Translations under genes and position numbers: made by a program
The notes under the pieces: generated by a model
What the model saw: only the letters and a program-made list of their open reading frames with translations
What the model was told of the DNA's origin: nothing
Databases searched by the model: none
Part shown: in pieces, positions 49,775 through 59,554 of the stretch
Layout of the letters: each line of letters begins with the position of its first letter
Numbering within the stretch: position 1 is the stretch's first letter
Assembly (NCBI GenBank): GCA_965602225.1
Contig: CBFCYE010000011.1
Location: 21,182-85,181 of the forward strand
Direction: 5' to 3'
DNA length: 64,000 nt
Source of the DNA: an uncultured Gammaproteobacteria bacterium
GTDB lineage: Bacteria; Pseudomonadota; Gammaproteobacteria; Tenderiales; Tenderiaceae

Positions 49775-52499
49775 TGCCCAGGCTGAAGTAATATCGGATA
49801 TTCGTAATACCAAACACAATTTCTCAGCCACTGTGGTGCCTGGTCTGCCTGATGGCGCCAGTCGTACCGTCCAGGCTTCGTCTGAATCTCAAATTTGTGC
49901 CTTTTGTCATACGCCTCATAAGGGTGCTCAGCAGTCTAGAGCGCCGATCTGGAATCGTAAGTTAACCGGCACCACCTACACGCCTTATACAACCACCTCG
50001 ATTGACGCCATAGATTTAGGCCAGCCTAATACCAAATCAAAGCTTTGTCTGTCATGTCACGACGGTACTTTGGCCATAGGTTCTGTGAATGTCCTGAATC
50101 GTGTTGAAGACGCTCAGATCAAGATGCGTGGCACAAAGTCAGATGGCACCATGCCTGGTGGAGTTGATGAACGTTCTGGTTTTACTCGCCGTCTCGGTAC
50201 TGACCTGACCAACGACCATCCAATTTCATTTACATACGATACCGCCCAGTTTAATCGTGATGGTGAGCTGCGTGACCCGTCGGCCGTGACTTTTCTAGGT
50301 GAGCGTAACCTTAGCGGGCACAAGCCAACATTGCCGCTTGAATCTGGGCAAATGGAATGTATCTCTTGCCATGATCCTCATGTGCGCAGCAGCGAAGGTG
50401 AAAACATCAAGTTTCTGCGCGTGAATCGTTTTCAGAAAAGCGCGCCGGTTGAGGGTTCATTTAGCCAAGCTAACGATATTATCTGCCTTGCCTGTCATGA
50501 AAAGTCAGGCTGGGCTGATTCCGCCCACGCCAACCCGACAGTGGCTAATGAGGTTTACACCGATGCCGCAGCGGCTGTCCGTGAATTCGCCAAGAATACC
50601 CAGGTTTGGCAAGCGGCTTGTTTGAATTGTCATGATCCGCACACGGTCCAGGGTTCGCGTCGTTTGTTGCGTGAAGGGACTGATGACGCGGGTCAGTTGC
50701 AGAGTGTTGGTGGTGGCGTGATTCGGGTGAAACAAGGCGGTAAACCCGCCATAGAAGAGACTTGCTACGCCTGTCATTCAACCGATGGCAATGTCTTACA
50801 GAGCCAGACCTTAAAGGGCTCATTTGAGCCGCCTGATATCAAATCAGATTTTAGCATGCAGGTGCATATGCCTATTGCCAGTAATGAGCAGGCCGGCAAC
50901 GAAGAGCGTCATTCAATCGGCACCCATGCCTCGCCACAAAGTGGTAAAGACTTTATGGAGTCGCCACAGCGCATGGGTAAAGGGGATTTGAGCAACCGTC
51001 ATGCTGAGTGTACCGATTGTCATAACCCGCATCGCGTTGTCAAGAATCGTCGTTTTAATGATGATCCAAAGATTCCTGCTGCTGAGGGAACCCATGTGCA
51101 CGAGGCGACAGATTTTCGCGTCGAGGATAATGGTGGCCATACTAATCTGGCGTCGGGCGTGTTGCGTGGTGCCTGGGGGGTTGAGCCGGTGTATGGCAGC
51201 ACTGAGTTTGCCACTAACCCGGTGAGCTTTGATATCAAACGTGGCGATGCCACTGTGGCGGGTAGTACCGCTGTCAGCGCGTCATACGTCACGCGTGAGT
51301 ATCAGATCTGCATGAAGTGTCACTCGAATTACGCCTACGACACACCGCCACCACTGGGTACGAATCATTCAGGTGGTACACCTGCAGGCACTAACGCCTT
51401 GTATAACTACACCAATCAGGCGATGGAATATCAGTCACCAACAGACCATAAGGGTGAGGGGACATCGGGCTCAGCAACAGGGGCTTACGTTGCCGGTGGT
51501 ACGTGTAATCAGGTCAACCTGGGCAGGAAAAAGGTGGGTGCAAACGAGGTGTCAATTACCCTTGCTGAGCTACAGGCCGATACAAATACGAGCAAGCTGG
51601 CGGCCCTTGCTGTTAGGACAGGGACGCGGGACCCAGCGGGAACGGCGCTTGGTTTAGTTGACCCAACTACGCTTGATAATTGCAGTAATTATAGGGAAGA
51701 CAATCATCGCTCCTGGCACCCGGTAATGGAGCCTACCGGCCGCACGCCGGCAGTGCGTGATGCCAATGCTGATGACTGGACTGCGCCTTTCAATGCGGCA
51801 GTGGGTACGCAGACCATGTACTGCACCGATTGCCATGGTTCAGATACGCTACAGGGAACGGTGGTGCCAAAAGGTGCTCAGCCAAATGGCAATGTCTGGG
51901 GGCCGCATGGTTCTGATAATGAGTTTCTGCTGAAGGGCAAGTGGAGTGATGAAACCGGGCAAAATACAGCGGCTGATGGTCTCTGTTTCAAGTGCCATGA
52001 TTTTAATTTCTACGGCAAAGAGTTCCCTACTGGCAATATTGGTGCTGTTAGCACTCAAGCCAGTGGTTTCAGTCGTGATGCCTCGCTGGGTTTCGCCTCC
52101 TGCCTCTATGTGCCGAGTGTGAATCTGCATACTGGCCATGCGCAACAGGCACAGGTCAAAAACTTTCGTTGCAGTTACTGCCACGTAGCGATTCCACATG
52201 GTTGGAAGAATAAGGTGTTCCTGGCCAATCTGAATGATGTCGGTCGTGAAGTGGGGCTTTCAACGGGTGGTAAACAAGTGCGTAACAACCAGACCTCTCG
52301 TTATTATCGTGGCCCTTATTACAACGGTGCCGTGCTGAAGGTGGTGCAGTTCCGTCAGAGTGGTCAGTGGATTCATAACAGTTGTGGTTCGGCTGGTACG
52401 CCAGGTAATGGCCGTACTGGTGGCAACGGTAATGCCGGTAATATCCCCTGGATGACCGACCAGGGCTCAGGCAGTGAGGCCTGCAACCAGCTGCCATGA
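49695..52499 (+). CDS. uetJ: Secreted undecaheme cytochrome c (start may be 49710 or 49716)
   Basis: Eleven CXXCH motifs counted; signal peptide AQA-EV; first four hemes homologous to the tetraheme at 40130. Confidence 0.85.
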   Translation: MNILEMGMLRTLQVTAALVLLTLLGTSAQAEVISDIRNTKHNFSATVVPGLPDGASRTVQASSESQICAFCHTPHKGAQQSRAPIWNRKLTGTTYTPYTTTSIDAIDLGQPNTKSKLCLSCHDGTLAIGSVNVLNRVEDAQIKMRGTKSDGTMPGGVDERSGFTRRLGTDLTNDHPISFTYDTAQFNRDGELRDPSAVTFLGERNLSGHKPTLPLESGQMECISCHDPHVRSSEGENIKFLRVNRFQKSAPVEGSFSQANDIICLACHEKSGWADSAHANPTVANEVYTDAAAAVREFAKNTQVWQAACLNCHDPHTVQGSRRLLREGTDDAGQLQSVGGGVIRVKQGGKPAIEETCYACHSTDGNVLQSQTLKGSFEPPDIKSDFSMQVHMPIASNEQAGNEERHSIGTHASPQSGKDFMESPQRMGKGDLSNRHAECTDCHNPHRVVKNRRFNDDPKIPAAEGTHVHEATDFRVEDNGGHTNLASGVLRGAWGVEPVYGSTEFATNPVSFDIKRGDATVAGSTAVSASYVTREYQICMKCHSNYAYDTPPPLGTNHSGGTPAGTNALYNYTNQAMEYQSPTDHKGEGTSGSATGAYVAGGTCNQVNLGRKKVGANEVSITLAELQADTNTSKLAALAVRTGTRDPAGTALGLVDPTTLDNCSNYREDNHRSWHPVMEPTGRTPAVRDANADDWTAPFNAAVGTQTMYCTDCHGSDTLQGTVVPKGAQPNGNVWGPHGSDNEFLLKGKWSDETGQNTAADGLCFKCHDFNFYGKEFPTGNIGAVSTQASGFSRDASLGFASCLYVPSVNLHTGHAQQAQVKNFRCSYCHVAIPHGWKNKVFLANLNDVGREVGLSTGGKQVRNNQTSRYYRGPYYNGAVLKVVQFRQSGQWIHNSCGSAGTPGNGRTGGNGNAGNIPWMTDQGSGSEACNQLP

Positions 52500-53527
52500 T
52501 GGTTTGGCTATGCAGGTTGGCCTCAACCAGGCTGACCTTGCTGGGGATGGTCTTGCTGGCGATTGGCGCCGGCCTGAGCTACGACAATCCGGCCGATGTT
52601 ACGGTCTGGGTGTTGGCCGGGCCGCTGTCATTGTTGGCCCTAAACCTGTTTGCCGCCATCCTTACCCAGCCCGGCATCAACCGTCGCCCCGGTCTGTTGA
52701 TGTTTCACATCGGCCTGCTTTCCATCTGTGTATTGGCTGCCATTGGTCGGCTGACCTTCTATGAAGCCCGTGTTGAGGTCAGTCAAAACAGCGGCTTTGA
52801 TGTGGCCGCGGTAGATGAGATTAGCCAGGGCATGTTCCATCTAGGTGAACTGTCCCGAGTGCAGTTTGTCCAACAGGACTACACCGTTGAATACCGGCCT
52901 GGATTGGTGCGTGGCATTACCCGTAGTTATGTCCAGGTCAGTGATGCTCACGGTGGTTGGCAGTCAAAAGTGGTCGGTGATGATACCCCGCTGATTATCG
53001 ATGGTTATCGTTTCTATACCACCTTTAACAAAGGTTTTGCGGCGATCCTGACCTGGATGCCGGAGCAGGGCGAGGCGATTACCGGCACCTTGCACATGCC
53101 CTCGTATCCGCTGTTTGATTACAAGCAAGCCAATAGCTGGACACCACCTGGCCGCAGCGAAGAGATCAAGTTTTGGTTGCGTCTTGATACGGGGCTGGAT
53201 AGAGATGTGGACTGGTTACTTGATGTTCACAGCACCGAGGCCGTGTTGGTAGTAAACAACGGCGAGCAACGGCTTGAGCTACAGCCAGGTGAAGGCATCG
53301 ACCTGCCGGGTGGGCGATTGCGTTACGAGGCCCTGAGTAGCTGGATGGGTTACAAAATATTTTATGATCCAACTCTGACGTGGTTGTTTATCGCCTCAGT
53401 GTTGACGGTGCTGGGTCTGTGTCTGCACTACTGGGATAAATTCAAACATCAGTCCATGGCAACGACCGTGCTGGCTGACAAGCAAAAACAAGATGTGAAC
53501 ATGACTAACAAGGCAAACAAAACATGA
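52496..53527 (+). CDS. ResB/CcsB-like cytochrome c biogenesis protein (System II)
   Basis: LAS.RL N-terminal motif, three TM helices with FHIG His, large periplasmic domain, ..DP.L.W C-terminal TM. Confidence 0.7.
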   Translation: MMVWLCRLASTRLTLLGMVLLAIGAGLSYDNPADVTVWVLAGPLSLLALNLFAAILTQPGINRRPGLLMFHIGLLSICVLAAIGRLTFYEARVEVSQNSGFDVAAVDEISQGMFHLGELSRVQFVQQDYTVEYRPGLVRGITRSYVQVSDAHGGWQSKVVGDDTPLIIDGYRFYTTFNKGFAAILTWMPEQGEAITGTLHMPSYPLFDYKQANSWTPPGRSEEIKFWLRLDTGLDRDVDWLLDVHSTEAVLVVNNGEQRLELQPGEGIDLPGGRLRYEALSSWMGYKIFYDPTLTWLFIASVLTVLGLCLHYWDKFKHQSMATTVLADKQKQDVNMTNKANKT

Positions 53528-54375
53528 ATGGCGTAGTCGCGGAACTCCCCTGGATGTGGGCAGGTTTGTTCGCCTATGCTGTGGCGACCTTGCTGGCATT
53601 TCACAACGTCTGGCAGGTTGGCGCAGCAAATGCCGTGGCAGTATTGCCCAGTCGTAAGGGAGAACGCCGGATTTTGCTGGCAATCGTCACTGGTGTATTG
53701 CTGCTGACTGTAGCGCTAGCAGTGCGCTGGGATCGACTCGGTCATGGTCCCTTCGTCAATCTGTTTGAACTGCTAATGAGTCAACTATTCAGCCTGGGCC
53801 TGATCTATTCCATCGTCTACTGGCGTGTCCCCAATCTGCGCTCCAGCGCCGTGGTGGTGCTGCCATTGATCTGGGTTCTAGGCACCTGGATTCTGTTCAT
53901 GGAACCTGTCGATAGCCGCTTTCCACCCACCTATCACAACAACTGGCTCTGGGCCCACGTCGGTTTCGGTAAAATATTTTTGTCCTTCTGCCTGGTGGCG
54001 GCTGGCCTGGCCGGGGTGATTCTGTTGCGCTCGATTCCGCGCCTGGGCCGCTGCTTTGCGCATATGAGCGATGAGGCCCTGGATCAGTTGGCCTGGCGCT
54101 TTATGATGCTGACCCTGGTGTTCGATAGCCTGATGCTAATTGCCGGTGCCGTCTGGGCTCAGGACGCCTGGGGCCGATATTGGTCTTGGGATGCATTGGA
54201 AACATCATCATTTATGACCTGGCTGTCCATCGGCGCCGGAATCCATGTTCGATTGACATACAAAATACCGACCCGCCTCGGTGCGATGGTCATCCTGGCT
54301 ATTTTCTTCCTGGCCTTTACCACATATTTTGGCGCGCCTTATTACAGCGAGGCAGCCCACAAAGGGGTGATTTAA
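53524..54375 (+). CDS. ccsA: Cytochrome c biogenesis heme-handling protein CcsA/ResC
   Basis: GHGPF.NLFE, WLWAHV, GAVWAQDAWGRYWSWDALE (WWD domain). Confidence 0.88.
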   Translation: MNGVVAELPWMWAGLFAYAVATLLAFHNVWQVGAANAVAVLPSRKGERRILLAIVTGVLLLTVALAVRWDRLGHGPFVNLFELLMSQLFSLGLIYSIVYWRVPNLRSSAVVVLPLIWVLGTWILFMEPVDSRFPPTYHNNWLWAHVGFGKIFLSFCLVAAGLAGVILLRSIPRLGRCFAHMSDEALDQLAWRFMMLTLVFDSLMLIAGAVWAQDAWGRYWSWDALETSSFMTWLSIGAGIHVRLTYKIPTRLGAMVILAIFFLAFTTYFGAPYYSEAAHKGVI

Positions 54376-54378
54376 TCC

Positions 54379-55068
54379 ATGTCAGCTAAGCAATCGCAAG
54401 GCCTGCTGGAACAGACCACCGCCATCATTGCTATGGCGTTGGTTGTCATCATGCTGGCAATGATGTCCGGTTATGCCAATCGCCCTCAGTTTGCCTACCA
54501 GCCGCCAGTGACGAAAGCAGAAACCTTGATCGATGCCCAGGCCAACCCGCGCGGCCATGCTCAACAATTTCGTTTGAATCAGATTGACGAACGTTTTCAG
54601 CAGGCCCTGGCCATGCTGCACGCCAAACAATATGACTTTGCCATCAAGGCACTGCACCGAGTCATCGAGCTGGCACCAAAGATGGTCGAAGCCTACGTCA
54701 ACATGGGCTACGCCCTGATCGGCAAACAAGACTTCAAGGCCGCAGCCGATTTCTTTAACGCCGCTATCGAACTCAAACCCTACCAGGCCAATGCCTACTG
54801 GGGGCTGGCGGTGGCATCAGAACAACAGGGCGAACTGGAAGCTGCCCTCGGCGCCATGCGTACCTTTATCCATCTGTCTCCTCCCAACGACCCTTTCTTG
54901 CGCCAGGCCCGCTCAGCGCTGTGGGAATGGGAATCCAGCCTAAAACGTGGCCCCTTGCCTGAAGCTGAGAAAGAGTGGATTAAACGTCGCGGTGCAGAAT
55001 GGCAAGAGCGCAACAGCCTTGATGCCGACGCGCCAGCTGCAGAAGATCGTAAGATTGAGTTGAAGTGA
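54379..55068 (+). CDS. Membrane-anchored TPR protein
   Basis: N-terminal TM; EAYVNMGYALI and ANAYWGLAVA TPR repeats. Confidence 0.8.
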   Translation: MSAKQSQGLLEQTTAIIAMALVVIMLAMMSGYANRPQFAYQPPVTKAETLIDAQANPRGHAQQFRLNQIDERFQQALAMLHAKQYDFAIKALHRVIELAPKMVEAYVNMGYALIGKQDFKAAADFFNAAIELKPYQANAYWGLAVASEQQGELEAALGAMRTFIHLSPPNDPFLRQARSALWEWESSLKRGPLPEAEKEWIKRRGAEWQERNSLDADAPAAEDRKIELK

Positions 55069-55106
55069 TCAGCATTAATCACCTGTAACGGAATACGGAG
55101 ATCAGC

Positions 55107-56189
55107 ATGTCACGATTATTTTCAGAGTATCGCCTTGGCGATATGGTTTTAAAAAACCGCATCATTATGGCGCCGTTAACGCGCAACCGGGCGACGGATA
55201 ATCTGCCCAATGATTTGATGCGCACTTATTACCAACAGCGTGCCACGGCTGGGCTGATCATTAGCGAAGGCACCTCACCTTCTCCAAATGGCCTGGGTTA
55301 TCCACGCATGCCGGGAATATTTTCTGAGGCCCAAATAGATGCATGGAAACCAATCACCGCAGCGGTACACGCACAAGGTGGCAATATATTTATGCAGCTA
55401 ATGCATACCGGCCGCGTTTCTCATCCCTTGAATCTGCCTGCCGGTGCGCGAGTCTTGGCGCCATCGGCGGTAGCTGCCCCTGGTGAAATGAATACCGATG
55501 CCAAGGGTATGCAACCACACCCTGTGCCAGAGGCGATGACCGCAGATGATATACGTATCGCAATTGAAGAATACGCCCAGGCAGCACGCAATGCCGTAGC
55601 GGCAGGTTTTGATGGAGTAGAGCTGCACGCCGCCAATGGTTATCTACTGGAACAGTTTATTCGTCCCAATACCAATCAACGTGATGATGAATATGGCGGC
55701 AGCATAGAAAATCGAGCCCGCTTTGTCATGCAGGTGGTTGAAGCCACCACAACAGCAATTGGCCATCAGAAGGTCGGTGTTCGATTGTCACCCTATGGAG
55801 TGTTCAATGACATGAGTTTGTATGACGAGATGGAACTGGACTACACCTATCTGGCGCGCGAGCTTGATACGCAAGATGTGCTCTATGTGCACCTGGTGGA
55901 CCACTCTTCAATGGGGGCGCCCGAGGTGCCGGCCGCAATCAAAGAAATTATTCGCGATGAATTCTGTGGCACCTTGATACTGTCAGGTGGTTACGATGCT
56001 GAGCGGGCTGAAAGAGAGATGCCCGGCAAAACAGATTTGATTGCCGTTGGTCGTCCGTTTATTGCCAACCCTGACCTGCCAGCACGTTGGCAGGCAAATG
56101 CGCCAATGAATGAACCTGACTACGACACCTTTTATACGGCGGATGAAAAAGGTTATACCGATTATCCAAGCATGGATGGTAAACAATAA
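55107..56189 (+). CDS. Old yellow enzyme family alkene reductase (NemA-like)
   Basis: MAPLTRNRA, GFDGVELHAANGYL, RDDEYGGSIENR, GYTDYP. Confidence 0.93.
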   Translation: MSRLFSEYRLGDMVLKNRIIMAPLTRNRATDNLPNDLMRTYYQQRATAGLIISEGTSPSPNGLGYPRMPGIFSEAQIDAWKPITAAVHAQGGNIFMQLMHTGRVSHPLNLPAGARVLAPSAVAAPGEMNTDAKGMQPHPVPEAMTADDIRIAIEEYAQAARNAVAAGFDGVELHAANGYLLEQFIRPNTNQRDDEYGGSIENRARFVMQVVEATTTAIGHQKVGVRLSPYGVFNDMSLYDEMELDYTYLARELDTQDVLYVHLVDHSSMGAPEVPAAIKEIIRDEFCGTLILSGGYDAERAEREMPGKTDLIAVGRPFIANPDLPARWQANAPMNEPDYDTFYTADEKGYTDYPSMDGKQ

Positions 56190-56260
56190 AACCGTCTGTG
56201 TTTAAGTCGCTATTGCAGGCGATTAGAATAAACAAAGATGTTTTGATTGAAATGATTCTA

Positions 56261-56303
56261 GTAGGGTGCGTTGGGGCAGGGAAACGACTGCCCCAATGCG
56301 CAT
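56261..56303 (+). repeat. GTAG-family REP-like palindrome
   Basis: GTAG-GG-TGCGTTGGGGCAG-GGAAACGA-CTGCCCCAATGCG-CAT. Confidence 0.65.
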
Positions 56304-56368
56304 TTGAACAGGATGACAAAACAGGTTATTTCTAATCTCAATCACCCTTTAGATAAAGCAAAAATTGG

Positions 56369-56851
56369 CTATTGCTGGCTTTGATAGTAAAGATTAACCC
56401 GGTCTCTCATCCACTTCTGTGTTGCGATATTATTTCCTGAGCCCTCGTTGTTCCATCGTACCGTCCAGGCTTTGCTAGCCTTGCTTGAGCCTGCGTGATA
56501 ATGCACGCGAATATCATAGTTTGGATCCGAAACATGTTTCAAAACATACATCCATACACCGCCGCCTGATACCCCATCTGAAACGGGATCTTGATAATCT
56601 GATGAGGCAAGCGATTTTGATTCCTTCCATGACATACGTTGTGCAATGTTGTCAGTTGAGTTTTGAATGAGTTCTAGTTGCGAGACCTGTGTGCCATTGC
56701 TAGCCATCGTTTGCAGCTTTTTTTGCATGAGCATTTCGGCGCGATTATCGACAAAATGTAGAGCAGATTTGCCACCGCGCTGTTTTTGAACTGAACCGTT
56801 GGCAACGGCATTGCCTTTGTGGTGTTGTCTTCTGTCAGCGTAAGTGGTCAT
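56369..56851 (-). CDS. Small protein with eCIS/DUF4157-type N-terminal leader and unknown C-terminal domain (putative cargo toxin)
   Basis: Start reassigned to ATG 56851 (AAGGA RBS); MTTYADR..K..AVAN..QKQ.GG..HFVDNR....QKKLQ.MA.N..IAQR leader. Confidence 0.55.
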   Translation of the reverse strand: MTTYADRRQHHKGNAVANGSVQKQRGGKSALHFVDNRAEMLMQKKLQTMASNGTQVSQLELIQNSTDNIAQRMSWKESKSLASSDYQDPVSDGVSGGGVWMYVLKHVSDPNYDIRVHYHAGSSKASKAWTVRWNNEGSGNNIATQKWMRDRVNLYYQSQQ

Positions 56852-57154
56852 GTCTAATCCTTTAGACTTGCAAATATAATCGATGAACATTTCGTAACAC
56901 GTGGCTCTTGCGCCTAGTTAGCTTAGACGACTTCCCAGCTTTCAACAATACCGCCAATTTCATGAAAGCTACGATTACGCCTAGTTTTATTTGTTGTGTT
57001 GAATTCAGGGAATAGTTGAGGATTACTTGTTTTTAGTTTTAGAAAAAGGTATTTGAACTCGTGCTCTAGTTGCACGTTTGTAACTGTGATGAAACCAGGT
57101 GTTGCAGTAACAAGTAATCATTCAGCTTTTTGTATTGTTTATTTCAAGGCAGAT

Positions 57155-58291
57155 TCAAGTGGGTGGTATCAGCAGCTGAAAGTCAGCCCTTGCCACTGAA
57201 ACACCATTTACCATAACTTCCAGTGTATGCAGGCCCGGATAATAGACGCGAGTAGTGATTTTTTTGATGGCATGTTTTTTTGTAATTGTCAGCGTGTTGT
57301 TTGCGACTAGAGTAGTTGTTCGCCACTTGAATACCTTTGGCGATGTCGAACCATTCGCCTTCTGGTGATGAATAATGTAATCGATAATCACGGCCTGGTC
57401 TTGTTTGGTGTCAGAACAAATTGACAACGTAAATTGCAAGGCATCACCAAACACAACGGTTGGCATCGATATGGCTATGCTGGTGTGTTTGATCTTGGCT
57501 GGTTTGAAACCAAGAGTAGCCAATGTTTTTTTATGGCCAGTTTTGATCAAAGTACGGCAGGCATGTCGAATCAATCTTTTTCTTTCCTGGCTCGCCCCTT
57601 GCAACCACCGCGCAGCAATGTCGGCGACTAGGTCAGGGTGGTCCTTGGCAATATCGTTTAGATTGTTTGCAACTGAACGCCGCACATACTCGGTCTTATC
57701 ATCTTTAAGTTGTTCCAATAGGTCGATAACTGGCGCGGGGTCTTCGATAAAAATTGGCAAGCGCATCGCCCAAGGCAGGCGTGGCCGAATCCCCTCAGAA
57801 ACCAGGCGTCGCACATGTTGATTGTCATCCCTTGCCCAGGTTTTTAAAGCGGCCAATGTTTTATTTGGTTTAGCCAGAATGAAAAAACGAATCCCGAATT
57901 CAGCCGAGCAACGCTGGGTCAGTTCCTTAAACAGATTCATCGATAAATTAAAGTGATCATGGCCGCGCAACCCCACATAGTGTGCCAGCGGCATGATGGC
58001 CCAGCCGGTTATGCCGTCGGAATCCACTGTGCCTGCGGAAAGATCATCGGCCAATGGCGGGCCCAGGCTGGCGAGAATTATTTTAGCTGAGTGTTCAAAG
58101 TCAGTGGGAAGATACTCAATCATCGCCGCGGTGATACGTTCAGTGCGCGCCTTTAATTCAAGTGACTCAAGGTTATTCGTGGCCATAAGCATGAAACCCT
58201 TGCTGTCAAATTCAGACCACCGGTTTTGAAAATTTGCGGCCATGGCTTTAATGATTTTTTTATTAAGTAAGTTTTTGAATGGCTCGGCCAT
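57155..58291 (-). CDS. DNA alkylation repair protein (AlkD/AlkC-like HEAT repeat)
   Basis: MAEPFKN, SAEFGIRFF, HVRRLVSEGIRPRLPWA, YVRRSVANNLNDIAKDHP. Confidence 0.85.
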   Translation of the reverse strand: MAEPFKNLLNKKIIKAMAANFQNRWSEFDSKGFMLMATNNLESLELKARTERITAAMIEYLPTDFEHSAKIILASLGPPLADDLSAGTVDSDGITGWAIMPLAHYVGLRGHDHFNLSMNLFKELTQRCSAEFGIRFFILAKPNKTLAALKTWARDDNQHVRRLVSEGIRPRLPWAMRLPIFIEDPAPVIDLLEQLKDDKTEYVRRSVANNLNDIAKDHPDLVADIAARWLQGASQERKRLIRHACRTLIKTGHKKTLATLGFKPAKIKHTSIAISMPTVVFGDALQFTLSICSDTKQDQAVIIDYIIHHQKANGSTSPKVFKWRTTTLVANNTLTITKKHAIKKITTRVYYPGLHTLEVMVNGVSVARADFQLLIPPT

Positions 58292-58372
58292 GTAATGATT
58301 TTTAGTTGGTGGTTGTTTTAATAGAATGTTGAACGATGGTTTTAATTCGTGCCTTTATTTGTAGTGTCGTTG

Positions 58373-59542
58373 TTAATATTTGTTGGTGATGTTTTTTGAT
58401 TCCATAGTAGCTGTTTTACACCTCGGATCATCCAGCTGGCAATCATCAAACAAATGACAGGTTCTTTTACATAGCGATACAAGCATAAGCATCAAAGGAA
58501 CCTCAATCAAAACGCCTACAACCGTAGCCAAGGCCGCGCCAGAGGATAAGCCAAAAAGAATGATTGCTGTCGCTATGGCTACTTCGAAATGATTAGATGC
58601 GCCAATCATGGCTACAGGTGCGGCGTCGTGGTAAGAAAGCTTTAACCATCTAGAAAATACAAAATAACCTAGAGTGAAAATAAATACTGTTTGTATAAAA
58701 AGCGGGATCGCAATCCACAAAATAGTTAGTGGGTTGCTGATGATAACTTCACCCTTGAATGAAAACAGTAGGATCAAGGTAAGAAGTAAGGCCGTTATGC
58801 TGACAGGCGTGAGCCAACGCAAAAACTTTTCATTAAACCACTGCATGCCTTTGTGTTTGATTATCCACTTTCTCGATAAATAGCCTGCGACCAAGGGTAG
58901 TGCTACATAAATTGAAACCGAAAGCAGCATGGTTTGCCACGGTACGGGCATAGAGTTCACATTTAACAATAAGCCGCCTAATGGGCCGTAGAGAAAAAGC
59001 ATCATCAAGGAATTGATTGAAACCATCACCAAGGTTAAACCATCGTTGCCCTTTGCCAGGTGCCCCCACATCATTACCATGGCGGTGCAAGGAGCAATGC
59101 CCAGCAAAATAGTGCCGGCGATATAACTTCGCCATAACTCGACCTCCTCGCCGTTGGCAAGTATCTCTGTGCCAGGTAAAAAATCTTTAAACAAATACCC
59201 TAAAAAGAAATATGAGATTGCAAACATGGTGAATGGTTTGATTGCCCAGTTTATAAACAGGGTAAGCAAAACAGGTTTTGGTGTTTTAGCTGATTTTATG
59301 ACCTGGCCAAAATCTATTTTTACCATGATTGGATACATCATGAAAAACAGGCAGACAGCGATAGGGATGGATACCTGGTAAAACGAAAAGTCGTTTAATG
59401 TTGTGGCGACATCAGGTGCTACCTTGCCTAAGATGATTCCGGCGGTAATGCAAAGCAATACCCAGACAGTTAAGTAGCGTTCAAAGATGGATAGCTTTTT
59501 TTCTGGCATGGCTATTAATCCGTTTTCTAATGGGCCTGGCAA
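58373..59542 (-). CDS. acr3: ACR3-family arsenite efflux transporter (start possibly 59509)
   Basis: [51 protein letters not shown]. Confidence 0.93.
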   Translation of the reverse strand: MPGPLENGLIAMPEKKLSIFERYLTVWVLLCITAGIILGKVAPDVATTLNDFSFYQVSIPIAVCLFFMMYPIMVKIDFGQVIKSAKTPKPVLLTLFINWAIKPFTMFAISYFFLGYLFKDFLPGTEILANGEEVELWRSYIAGTILLGIAPCTAMVMMWGHLAKGNDGLTLVMVSINSLMMLFLYGPLGGLLLNVNSMPVPWQTMLLSVSIYVALPLVAGYLSRKWIIKHKGMQWFNEKFLRWLTPVSITALLLTLILLFSFKGEVIISNPLTILWIAIPLFIQTVFIFTLGYFVFSRWLKLSYHDAAPVAMIGASNHFEVAIATAIILFGLSSGAALATVVGVLIEVPLMLMLVSLCKRTCHLFDDCQLDDPRCKTATMESKNITNKY

Positions 59543-59554
59543 ACGCCAGCTGAT

